The translations under genes and the position numbers were made by a program. From contig CALWEQ010000003.1 of assembly GCA_944377365.1 (NCBI GenBank), positions 2,429 through 66,428 of the forward strand: 64,000 bases of DNA, read 5' to 3'. Below, piece by piece: positions 55,701-64,000 of the stretch (the stretch's first letter is position 1; every line of letters begins with the position of its first letter). This stretch comes from an uncultured Clostridia bacterium (GTDB lineage: Bacteria; Bacillota; Clostridia; Christensenellales; UBA1242). The notes beneath the pieces were generated by a model. That model was not told the DNA's origin, ran no database searches, and worked only from the letters and a program-made list of their open reading frames with translations.

Positions 55701-56125
55701 TTCCTCCTGTTTACTTCTATAATCCTTTTGTCCTGATCTTCTTTTTGTATTGAAACTACTATATCGTAATTTTTGACTAATTCGGGAACATTTTCTGGCC
55801 ATTCCACTATTGATATACCGTCAAGGCTGTCATGATCAAAATACTCGTAAAAACCTAGTTCTTCTGCCTCTTCACTGCTTGACAATCTGTACATATCAAA
55901 ATGATAGATTTTTTGTTTCTTGCTTTCATATATGTTCATAATAGTAAAAGTTGGGCTCGTAACAAGTGATTTTATTTTTTTTCCTTGTACAAAGCCTTTG
56001 ACAAAATGAGTTTTGCCTGCACCAAGTTCACCTTTTAAAATTATCACACAAGGTGACTTGACTTGTTTTGCAAAATCTTTTGCAAATTCCATTGTTTCTT
56101 TTTCATTCTTTGTTTCAACTCTCAT
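55697..56125 (-). CDS. tsaE: tRNA t6A biosynthesis ATPase TsaE
   Basis: LKGELGAGKTHFVKG, SPTFTI, HFDMYRL. Confidence 0.9.
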   Translation of the reverse strand: MRVETKNEKETMEFAKDFAKQVKSPCVIILKGELGAGKTHFVKGFVQGKKIKSLVTSPTFTIMNIYESKKQKIYHFDMYRLSSSEEAEELGFYEYFDHDSLDGISIVEWPENVPELVKNYDIVVSIQKEDQDKRIIEVNRRK

Positions 56126-56657
56126 ATTTCCACCTTTGCGTCTTATTATAAATATTAAGACCAGCTAAAGAAAATAACACTCCTAATATATATCCTGCAA
56201 CTACATCAGACAAATAGTGAACTCCTAAATACATCCTTGAAATACCAACCATAACAACTATTAGCGACATTATAAAAATGCACAAAACTTTTGCCCATTT
56301 GTGATCGAGCATTTTTAATAAAAAAAAGCAAACGAAGAACGCGATTACAACAACGCAAAAAGAATGATTGCTTGGCATACTCTGCCCCATGGCGTCAGAA
56401 AAAGAAATTATGTTGGCATAAGCTTCATAAGGCCTTGGACGATCAATTATCACTTTTAACACATAATTAAATGCAACACCTCCTAAAAAAGTGCCTGCAA
56501 AGTAAAATGCAAATCTACGACTAAAAAATAAAAATATTAAAAAAACCACTATAAACCCATACCAACTTCCAAGCAAGGATAAAGCTTCAAAAAAATTAGT
56601 TAGGCCGTCTGTGGCTATAGACTGAAAAGCTACTATAATGTCGCGTTCAAATTGCAT
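56115..56657 (-). CDS. PAP2-family phosphatase (undecaprenyl-diphosphatase BcrC-like)
   Basis: KxxxxxxRP (KVIIDRPRP), PSNHS, SRMYLGVHYLSDV. Confidence 0.8.
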   Translation of the reverse strand: MQFERDIIVAFQSIATDGLTNFFEALSLLGSWYGFIVVFLIFLFFSRRFAFYFAGTFLGGVAFNYVLKVIIDRPRPYEAYANIISFSDAMGQSMPSNHSFCVVVIAFFVCFFLLKMLDHKWAKVLCIFIMSLIVVMVGISRMYLGVHYLSDVVAGYILGVLFSLAGLNIYNKTQRWKYES

Positions 56658-56663
56658 ATGCTT

Positions 56664-56692
56664 ATTCTAGCAAATTTATAAAAAAAATACAA
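56664..56692 (-). promoter_or_regulatory. Sigma-A promoter abutting the PAP2 start codon
   Basis: TTGTAT (56692..56687), 17-nt spacer, TGcTAGAAT (hexamer 56669..56664), then 6 nt to the ATG at 56657. No SD. Confidence 0.5.
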
Positions 56693-57280
56693 TTATTTTA
56701 CACGCTGGCACAAAAGAAGCCCATCTTCATATTCAAAAAGTTTTGTTTCGAAATTAGAATCAGATGAAAGGTCATTAATAAAAGCCCGCAAACTTGCCAC
56801 TATGGTTCTATGCTTATGCCCCGGATCTCCCTCTTTTTTTACATAGCCGTGAAATAAAACATCATCTGCAAGCAAAAAGCCATTGATGTTAAGCATACCT
56901 TTCAACAGAGGCAAATATTTAAAATATTGACCTTTGGGCCCATCTAAAAAAATAAAATCAAATTTTTCATTTTGAAGTTTGTTTAAAGCAACAAAAGCAT
57001 CACTTTCTATCAGCTTGACCTTTTCTTCTAAATTCCTGTCTTTAAAAGTTTGTTTAGCGATTTCTGCCATTTTCTCATCTTTTTCGATTGTCACAACAAA
57101 AGTTTGTTTGAAGGCATCAAGCATGATTGATGTAGAGTAGCCTATTGCAGTGCCTATTTCCAAAATTTTTTTTGGTTTTTTAACACGACAAAAATTACGC
57201 AACATTTTTGCACTCTTTGGACGTATGATAGGAATTATATTTTTTTTGGCAAATCTTTTTAACTGAAAAAATGTCTTCAT
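56693..57280 (-). CDS. Class I SAM-dependent O-methyltransferase (YrrM/TrmR-like)
   Basis: ILEIGTAIGYST, FDFIFLDGPKGQY. Confidence 0.75.
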   Translation of the reverse strand: MKTFFQLKRFAKKNIIPIIRPKSAKMLRNFCRVKKPKKILEIGTAIGYSTSIMLDAFKQTFVVTIEKDEKMAEIAKQTFKDRNLEEKVKLIESDAFVALNKLQNEKFDFIFLDGPKGQYFKYLPLLKGMLNINGFLLADDVLFHGYVKKEGDPGHKHRTIVASLRAFINDLSSDSNFETKLFEYEDGLLLCQRVK

Positions 57281-57281
57281 T

Positions 57282-58937
57282 TTAATCCAACGTTACAATA
57301 GTCAAAATCATTGGACGTCTTTTTGTCCTTTTAAAAATAAAGTTTGAAATGTTTCTTCTAATGGTGTTTCTAATCACAGATGGTTCGGCGCCTCGCAAGT
57401 CTTGTTCTTTTAATGAAGCTATGATAGTAGCTTTTGCGTCCTGAACAAATGCCTCCGCTTCATCTTGATAAACAACACCTCTTGTGATGATAAAAGGTTC
57501 TCCTGTAACACAACCTGAAACATTGTTGATGTTTACAACCACAACACATATTCCATCTTCAGAAAGCTGTTTTCTTTCCTTAAGCACATTACTTTCCATG
57601 TCACCTATTCCGATGCCGTCAACAAGGCGTTGCCCTGCTGTAACAAATCCAGACTGACGCATAGAATTTGGAGACAATTCAACTTGCATGCCTAACGATG
57701 GCAAGATGATGTTTCTTTCATCCATTCCAAGTTGTTTTGCTAATTGTGCATGCATCTTCATGTGCCTATATTCACCGTGGACAGGCATGAAAAACGTTGG
57801 GCGAAGAAGTGAATGAACTGTTTTTAGCTCCTCTTGACAGGCATGCCCTGATGCATGGACATCCGCAAGTTCGTCATAAATGACATCAGCTCCCAATTTG
57901 TAAAGTGCGTTAATCACATTATAAACCGATTTCTCATTCCCAGGAATTGGAGATGCTGAAAATATGATCAAATCATTTTCTCCTAGCTTAATCTTCTTAA
58001 AATCACCTGATGCCATTCTTGTCAGCGCACTCATCGGTTCGCCTTGACTACCTGTCGTAACTATCAAAAGCTCTTTATCTTCATATTTGTCTATCTTATC
58101 AATATCAACAATAATATCCCTATTGTATCTTAACTCTCCTACCTTTGAAGCTACTTCACTTACATTGATCATACTTCTTCCGGTAAAAGCTACTTTTCTT
58201 TTATATTTTTCAGCCAAATCTAATATTTGTTGCATCCTGTAAATATTAGAAGCAAAAGTAGCAACAAACAAACGCTTTTCTGGATTTTTTTCGAAAATGG
58301 TGTCAAGTGTTCTTCCAACGGAACGCTCACTCATAGAATAACCCTTTCTGCAAACGTTTGTGCTTTCACAAAGCAAAAGCTTAATGCCTCGTTTCCCAAG
58401 CTCGCCCATTCTTACCAAATCTGTCATCTCACCATCAATTGGCTCGAAATCAATTTTAAAGTCACCTGTGTGAAAAATGTTACCAACAGGGGTCGTTATG
58501 CAAAGAGCAAGTGCACCGGCAATAGAGTGACTAACTTTAATAAATTCGATAACGAAATTACCTATTTTAAGCACATTTTTTGGTTTAACTGAAATGGCTT
58601 TGTATTTTACATTTGGGAATTCTTTCATCTTGTTTTCGACAAGAGCAAGCGTAAGCCTTGAACCGTAAACCGGCACTTTTAATTGATTTAACAAAAACGG
58701 CAAAGCTCCAATATGATCTTCATGACCATGCGTTAAGAGCACTGCTTTGACTTTTTCCTTGTTGGTTTTTAAATAAGTTATGTCTGGAATAACAATATCC
58801 ACCCCTGGCAAGTCTTCGTCTGGGAATGTTAAACCTGCGTCAATTACAATAATTTCGTCATTATACTCAAGAGCGGTCATATTTTTTCCTATTTCACCCA
58901 CACCGCCGAGAAAGGTGATTTTTACTTTATTACTCAT
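57282..58937 (-). CDS. rnj: Ribonuclease J
   Basis: Metallo-beta-lactamase motif HGHEDHIG, beta-CASP region, and C-terminal domain. Confidence 0.9.
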   Translation of the reverse strand: MSNKVKITFLGGVGEIGKNMTALEYNDEIIVIDAGLTFPDEDLPGVDIVIPDITYLKTNKEKVKAVLLTHGHEDHIGALPFLLNQLKVPVYGSRLTLALVENKMKEFPNVKYKAISVKPKNVLKIGNFVIEFIKVSHSIAGALALCITTPVGNIFHTGDFKIDFEPIDGEMTDLVRMGELGKRGIKLLLCESTNVCRKGYSMSERSVGRTLDTIFEKNPEKRLFVATFASNIYRMQQILDLAEKYKRKVAFTGRSMINVSEVASKVGELRYNRDIIVDIDKIDKYEDKELLIVTTGSQGEPMSALTRMASGDFKKIKLGENDLIIFSASPIPGNEKSVYNVINALYKLGADVIYDELADVHASGHACQEELKTVHSLLRPTFFMPVHGEYRHMKMHAQLAKQLGMDERNIILPSLGMQVELSPNSMRQSGFVTAGQRLVDGIGIGDMESNVLKERKQLSEDGICVVVVNINNVSGCVTGEPFIITRGVVYQDEAEAFVQDAKATIIASLKEQDLRGAEPSVIRNTIRRNISNFIFKRTKRRPMILTIVTLD

Positions 58938-59036
58938 TTCTCTCCTTTTTTTATTATGTAAATTAAAATAAATCGAAACACTTTTGTTTATGTCGACACA
59001 AAACCATAAAAAAATATTTCGAATAATAAACTAAAA

Positions 59037-59963
59037 TTATAGTAAAAATTTAGCTTGACTCATAGTGTCTTGCTCTTCTAACTTTTTTGATGAGAGCACA
59101 GTTTTTTCGTCAATATAATAACGCATACCTTGACAAGCAAAAAAGAACATAGTTTCGAACATTGAAGAAACGACTGCAAAAAGTGGAACAAGCACAAACA
59201 GACTAAATGGACCAAGTCCTAAGGCAAAAATCGTCAATGAAAAGTAAGTCAAAAAAGAAAAGATGAATGCAACTTTTAAATTTCTTACTACTGCTTTTAT
59301 TCCCAATTTAAAGGAAGTAAAAACATTTTCATTGTAAACGACCATCGCTGGCCCCCATCCTAACACAAACGTCAACTTGATTGAAAGCAGTAATGATGCC
59401 ACTAGCAAGAAGACAAACGGCATTGCAAGAGCATAGCTTCCCCATTCTAATAAAAGTAAGCCATAAAATGAACCTGCAACAGCCAAATCAAAAGGTAGAC
59501 AGTAAAGATATCTAAAAAAAGCATAAGGAATAGACTTTTTTAACGTTCTTACAAATGTAGACGCAAAGCCTAATTTTGCATGACTAGACATAAATCCATA
59601 CATCATCTCGTCAACAACATATCTACCTACGTTCATCAAAACAGGTCGCAAAAAAAACAAAACCGCCATTAAGTAAATCGCAACAGCTAAATGATTGGCA
59701 AAAAAAGATGTTAAAAATCCCAAAATTAAGCTGAGCACATTGGCAAATGTTGCAGTCACTACGTTGCCATAAAACAAACCAGCCTCTGCGAAAGAGATAA
59801 ATGTTTCATCGTTCCACACGCTTAAAATTTGCTCTTTTATTACATTATAAAAAGGTGCTAGCAGAGCAAAAACCACAAGCCAAATTATAACACGATAAAC
59901 GACAAGCTTCCACGTCTTGTCAAAATTTGCAACTGCGAGTTTAAGATAATTTTTAAATGACAT
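59037..59963 (-). CDS. Polytopic membrane protein, function unknown
   Basis: 308 aa with about 7 hydrophobic segments. SD-like AGGAAG. No recognisable motif. Confidence 0.55.
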   Translation of the reverse strand: MSFKNYLKLAVANFDKTWKLVVYRVIIWLVVFALLAPFYNVIKEQILSVWNDETFISFAEAGLFYGNVVTATFANVLSLILGFLTSFFANHLAVAIYLMAVLFFLRPVLMNVGRYVVDEMMYGFMSSHAKLGFASTFVRTLKKSIPYAFFRYLYCLPFDLAVAGSFYGLLLLEWGSYALAMPFVFLLVASLLLSIKLTFVLGWGPAMVVYNENVFTSFKLGIKAVVRNLKVAFIFSFLTYFSLTIFALGLGPFSLFVLVPLFAVVSSMFETMFFFACQGMRYYIDEKTVLSSKKLEEQDTMSQAKFLL

Positions 59964-60041
59964 ACATACTTCCTACTTGTAAGAACATTATATCAAAAAC
60001 ACGAGTGCAAAGCAACAATTTTTGCATACTGAAAAAAAATA

Positions 60042-60512
60042 TTAAACGCTTATCGACAAAATTTTAAACTTAATTTCACCGTTTGGTGTTTTTACCGACA
60101 CTATATCATCAACTTTATGCCCAAGAAGTGCAGATCCAACAGGCGAAACATTGCTTATTATGCCATTTTTTGGATCGCTTTCATCTGAACCAATAATTTT
60201 GTATTCAACTTCCTCGTCAAATTCTAGGTCATAAAGTTTGACCTTTGTGCCAATGCTAACTTTTGAAGTGTCAATGTTACTCTTTTTAATAATAACGGCA
60301 TTGAGCAAAGTGGATTCAATGTCAGCAATTTGGCTTTCAAGAATAGCTTGCTCCTCTTTTGCGGCATCATATTCTGCGTTTTCTGACAAATCGCCATATT
60401 CACGTGCAATTCCAATCTTCTTCACTACTTCTGGTCTTTTCACTGTTTTAAGATAATGAAGTTTCTCTTCGAGTTGTTTTTTTCCTTCAGGTGTAAGATA
60501 ATTTTCTGCCAT
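60042..60512 (-). CDS. greA: Transcription elongation factor GreA
   Basis: LT.EG...L..EL..L....RPEV...I..AR..GDLSENAEYDAAKEEQ pattern. Confidence 0.95.
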   Translation of the reverse strand: MAENYLTPEGKKQLEEKLHYLKTVKRPEVVKKIGIAREYGDLSENAEYDAAKEEQAILESQIADIESTLLNAVIIKKSNIDTSKVSIGTKVKLYDLEFDEEVEYKIIGSDESDPKNGIISNVSPVGSALLGHKVDDIVSVKTPNGEIKFKILSISV

Positions 60513-60632
60513 GTTGTTCCTCCAAGGTCGAGAATATTGATATTATATGCACAAAAATAAAAAAAGTCAATCAAAAATTTAAGAATTATTATTAATTTTT
60601 TTCGCAAACTAAAAACTAATGATGGAGGTTTA

Positions 60633-61034
60633 ATGATTATGTTGACATTTATAGCTTTTGCAGTTGTCATCGCAGGTTGTGTGAATTGGCTTTTAATTGG
60701 CTTGTTACAATATGATTTTGTGGCAGGCATTTTCGGTTATCAAGGAAGCATATTTTCAAGGTTGATTTACATAGTTATCGGCGCTGGCGCACTATTTTTG
60801 GTCGTCAAATTATTTTTAGACAAAGGGTCTATTCACATTTGGGGATCTAAGAAGAAATTTAAACGGGCTTATGCCACTTCCGACATTGAAGCTTCAAAAG
60901 AAGATGTCGAAAAGAAAAAACTTGAACAAAGAAAAAAAGAAAGTGGCTATCAAGATCATGATTATGATTATGATTACGAAGAAAGGCTTAAAAGAGAGCA
61001 AACTTTTTTTGATGAACACTTAAAAAGAAAATAA
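60633..61034 (+). CDS. DUF378-type small membrane protein with a charged C-terminal extension
   Basis: IAGCVNWLLIGLLQYDFVAGIFG..SRLIYIVIGAGALF. SD is GGAGG. Confidence 0.7.
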   Translation: MIMLTFIAFAVVIAGCVNWLLIGLLQYDFVAGIFGYQGSIFSRLIYIVIGAGALFLVVKLFLDKGSIHIWGSKKKFKRAYATSDIEASKEDVEKKKLEQRKKESGYQDHDYDYDYEERLKREQTFFDEHLKRK

Positions 61035-61120
61035 TTTTGAAATTTCCCAACTGTTAAAGTCACTTCAAATGTTTGACAACCTGTTCAATTTGGTGTTAAA
61101 CTCACTCTGTGAGGTAAATT

Positions 61121-62626
61121 ATGGTTACTCTGATCGTTTTAGATGGTTTCGGAATTAATAAATCACGTTTTGGCAATGCAATAAAGGCGTCGGGTACGCC
61201 AAATTTAAAAAAATTAACAAAAAAATATCCACATATGAAACTGCTAGCTAGTGGAAACGCTGTAGGTCTGCCTGCTGGTCAAATGGGAAACTCTGAGGTT
61301 GGACATTTAACGCTGGGCGCTGGTAGAGTGATTTTGCAAAATCTTGAAAAAATAAACAGGTCTATTGAAAGTGGAGATTTCTTTAATCTCCCCGTATTAA
61401 ACAACGCTCTTTCACATACAGAAAAAAACAATTCCGCTTTGCATATTTTGGGCTTAGTTTCAAATGGTGGAGTTCATTCTCATATTGACCACTTAAAAGC
61501 TATAATAAATTTAGTAAAAGATAGAAAACTCAAAAAGGTTTTTCTGCATATCATCACCGATGGCAGAGACACAAATCCAATTTATGGGCAATATTTTGTA
61601 GAAGAAATTTTAGACGAGATAAAAGATTCCAACATTAAAATTGCCACAATCTGTGGAAGAATTTTTGCAATGGATAGAGAACAAAGGTATGACAGGTTAA
61701 AACGAGCATATGACCTTCTCGTTTATGGAAATGGTAAAGTTTTTAATGACCCTGTTGAAGCTTTAAAGACTAGTTATAAAAACGGAAAAACTGATGAGTT
61801 TGTCGAACCTATTTTATTAGATAAAGACGGAGTCATTAAGGATAATGACAGCGTGGTATTTTTTAATTTTCGTTCTGACAGAGCAAGAGAAATCTCATAT
61901 GCCTTGACAGATCCTAATTTTAAGGAATTCAAAACCAAAAAATTTAAAAATCTCTATTTTGCTACAATGGAGCAATATGATGAAAATTTAAAAAATGCCC
62001 ATGTCATCTTCCCTCCAGAAAAAATTGAAGACAACCTTTCAGCTGTTATTTCAAAGGCAGGGCTTAAACAATTTCATATTGCCGAAACAACAAAATATGC
62101 GCACGTAACCTTTTTCTTTAATGGCACAATAGAAGATGCATATCCAGGAGAAGATAGAAAATTGATTGAAAGCATTAAAACAACAGATTTTGCTCCTTAT
62201 CCACAAATGAGAGCTTTGGAAATTACAACTTCTACACTAGAAGCAATCGCTTCGCAAAAATACGATTTTATTTTAGTAAACTATTCAAACACGGACATGC
62301 TAGGTCACACCGGCAATTTTAATTCGGCAAAATTAGCAACAGATTGTGTAGACAAACAGGCTTATGCAGTTGCACTCGCAACCCTTATGGCTGGTGGAGA
62401 ATGCATAATTACAGCAGATCATGGCAATGCAGAAATCATGTACGACAAATTTGGATCGCCTGTTACATCACATTCAACAAGCATGGTTCCTTTCATTTTG
62501 GTGTCTTCAAAAAAAAGAAGGCTAAAAAAACTTAAAAATGCCTCACTTGCAAACGTTGCACCAACTATTTTAAAAATGTTGGGCTTGCAAATCCCATCAA
62601 CCATGTGCGATCCATTGATAAAGTAA
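61121..62626 (+). CDS. gpmI: 2,3-bisphosphoglycerate-independent phosphoglycerate mutase
   Basis: LIVLDGFG, GNSEVGHLTLGAGR, GGVHSH, TDGRD, ADHGNAE. Confidence 0.95.
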   Translation: MVTLIVLDGFGINKSRFGNAIKASGTPNLKKLTKKYPHMKLLASGNAVGLPAGQMGNSEVGHLTLGAGRVILQNLEKINRSIESGDFFNLPVLNNALSHTEKNNSALHILGLVSNGGVHSHIDHLKAIINLVKDRKLKKVFLHIITDGRDTNPIYGQYFVEEILDEIKDSNIKIATICGRIFAMDREQRYDRLKRAYDLLVYGNGKVFNDPVEALKTSYKNGKTDEFVEPILLDKDGVIKDNDSVVFFNFRSDRAREISYALTDPNFKEFKTKKFKNLYFATMEQYDENLKNAHVIFPPEKIEDNLSAVISKAGLKQFHIAETTKYAHVTFFFNGTIEDAYPGEDRKLIESIKTTDFAPYPQMRALEITTSTLEAIASQKYDFILVNYSNTDMLGHTGNFNSAKLATDCVDKQAYAVALATLMAGGECIITADHGNAEIMYDKFGSPVTSHSTSMVPFILVSSKKRRLKKLKNASLANVAPTILKMLGLQIPSTMCDPLIK

Positions 62627-62651
62627 TGTTTTAAACCTAAACAAAAAATAT

Positions 62652-62680
62652 AAAAAAAGCTCTCTAATTAGAGAGTTTTT
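62652..62680. terminator. Bidirectional intrinsic terminator
   Basis: A-run, the perfect palindrome CTCTCTAATTAGAGAG (62660..62675), then a T-run. Confidence 0.65.
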
Positions 62681-62691
62681 AAGTTTAAGGA

Positions 62692-63390
62692 CTATCTTCC
62701 TAATAATGCGTCATTGCCAACAAACTTGACTGCCTTGTCTTCATCAAAAATTAAATGTTTTTCTATTTTGGGAATATATTCATAAACATCTTGAACGCTT
62801 ACCTCATATGCAGTGCGCTCTTCAGCAACATCTCCTATGACCTTACTAAACTTTCGTGATTGAACCCTTCCCCTAATGCCAACACAATCGCCAACCTTGT
62901 AATCTTTTGCCATGGTGGCATTTCTACCCCAAATAATTAGTGGAATATAATCACTCTTTTTGTTTTGCCTGTTTACTGCCAACAAAATATCATTGATTTG
63001 TCGATTTAATGGAGTAACCCTATATGTTGGTGGCTTACAAATGTAGCCAAGTAAGTCAATATTGTTTTTGTCAATTTGACTTGTCTTTGGACTAACTGAT
63101 TTGCAAAAAACTGAAAGTATTAATTTGCTTTTTCCGTTGACTTCCTTGTTGTAAGAACGAAAATCGCCGTTAATCTCAATTTCTTCTCCTTTACCAAAAT
63201 CTGTGAACGAAACCGTTTTAAGCAAATTTTCACTTATGGTAATCGGCAAACTGTCGACAGCACCTGAGAGTCTGTTGACATCTAAAATAAGTTCATAAAA
63301 TCTTTCACCACCCACAAATTCATGACTAAAAACTGGGCTGGAAGAAATTTTGCCTGAAAGTGTAACCTCATTCTTTCTTAAGTTTTGCAT
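62692..63390 (-). CDS. SSB-like protein with two tandem OB folds and no acidic C-terminal tip
   Basis: OB1: NEVTLSGKISSSPVFSHEFVGGERFYELILDVNRLSG..DSLPITISE..INGDFRSYN. OB2: NNIDLLGYICKPPTY..ILLAVNR..DYIPLIIWGRNA..VGDCVGIRGRVQSRKF. Confidence 0.6.
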   Translation of the reverse strand: MQNLRKNEVTLSGKISSSPVFSHEFVGGERFYELILDVNRLSGAVDSLPITISENLLKTVSFTDFGKGEEIEINGDFRSYNKEVNGKSKLILSVFCKSVSPKTSQIDKNNIDLLGYICKPPTYRVTPLNRQINDILLAVNRQNKKSDYIPLIIWGRNATMAKDYKVGDCVGIRGRVQSRKFSKVIGDVAEERTAYEVSVQDVYEYIPKIEKHLIFDEDKAVKFVGNDALLGR

Positions 63391-63450
63391 AATAAATTCA
63401 TCTCCTTAAAATATAAAAATGTTGTTTCCGCAAAAACGGATTTTAAATCG

Positions 63451-64000
63451 TTATTGTCCGAGGTTGTGTTGCACTCCATTCCTGTCGATTTCATAATTTT
63501 CTTTGTAAATCAATTCGCCCACACTAGTAATTTCATAGCCCTGCATAGTCAGTCTTTCAAGAATAAGTTTCAATCCGTCAATAATGTTGTCCGAATTGTT
63601 GTGCATTAAAATGATAGACCCATTTTTCACATTGTCTACAACTCTAGCACACATTTGTGACGCTGTCAGTCCTTTCCAATCCAGTGTGTCGACATCCCAC
63701 TGAATTGTTTTTAGTCCAAGTTCATCTGCTTTTGAAATTAGTTCGTCATTATACGAACCAAACGGAGCGCGAAAAAGCTCAACTTTTTTACCCGTCAATT
63801 TTTCGATTTTTTGAGAAGAACTAACTAGCTCGTTTTTCATAGTTTCTCCGTCAAGTTTAACCATGTCTGGATGATTTTCTGAGTGGGTGCCAATTTCAAT
63901 TCCTTCATCAGCCAGCATTTTGACCAATTCCTCGTTTTCATCAACCCAAAAACCCACAAGGAAAAATGTAGCATTTACATCATACTCTTTCAACACATCA
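63451..64000 (-). CDS. Polysaccharide deacetylase (NodB homology domain); N-terminus lies outside the window
   Basis: ATFFLVG, GHEIG-like IEIGTHSENHP, RAPFGSY, ILMHN. The frame is open to the window edge. Confidence 0.8.
   Translation of the reverse strand, partial: DVLKEYDVNATFFLVGFWVDENEELVKMLADEGIEIGTHSENHPDMVKLDGETMKNELVSSSQKIEKLTGKKVELFRAPFGSYNDELISKADELGLKTIQWDVDTLDWKGLTASQMCARVVDNVKNGSIILMHNNSDNIIDGLKLILERLTMQGYEITSVGELIYKENYEIDRNGVQHNLGQ

Noticed and set aside
60440-60730. 96-aa minus-strand ORF spanning the greA start and the DUF378 gene start.
   Set aside because: It overlaps two better-supported genes and the promoter region between them, and it has no SD.

Overview
AT-rich, standard-code (TGA is a stop) chromosomal segment of a low-GC Firmicutes/Bacillota-type bacterium. 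It is gene-dense and mostly housekeeping. Recognisable core genes: divIVA, lgt, two ABC exporter sets plus a MacB-like pump, tyrS with a Tyr T-box leader, recX, acpS, eno, ung, hpf, an operon running amidohydrolase-like / tex / mini-mcsA / mcsB / clpC, dinB, degV, mreB-minD-minE, tsaE-tsaB, rnj, greA and gpmI. I found no rRNA, CRISPR array, integrase or transposase. The accessory content has three parts. (1) Three very large surface proteins. One is a modular GLUG-repeat protein of at least 1757 aa on the minus strand at 1..5271. It is missing from the ORF track only because its stop codon lies outside the window. (2) A decayed prophage trace (an intact-looking orphan terL plus an ArpU/sigma-region-4-like regulator) next to a tRNA-Leu(CAA) that carries a 72-nt direct duplicate of its 3' part and an inverted fragment. 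A small islet beside it encodes a gamma-glutamylcyclotransferase-like::class-I amidotransferase (C26) fusion. (3) Several proteins with a conserved fold but degenerate catalytic motifs: a Rho-like protein without a P-loop, a Ppx/GppA-like protein, and an amidohydrolase-like protein. Two short genes below the track's 60-aa cut-off can be read directly: a 55-aa mini-McsA and a 56-aa 2x[4Fe-4S] ferredoxin. Other points worth a second look are a GC-rich structured leader upstream of the giant gene, three consensus promoters placed 6-7 nt before an ATG (leaderless-mRNA candidates), and a 17-residue-period beta-solenoid protein co-transcribed with a His/Cys-rich metal-transporter-like protein. I see no recognisable defence or toxin system. 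All family assignments come from motif recognition by eye, not from database searches.
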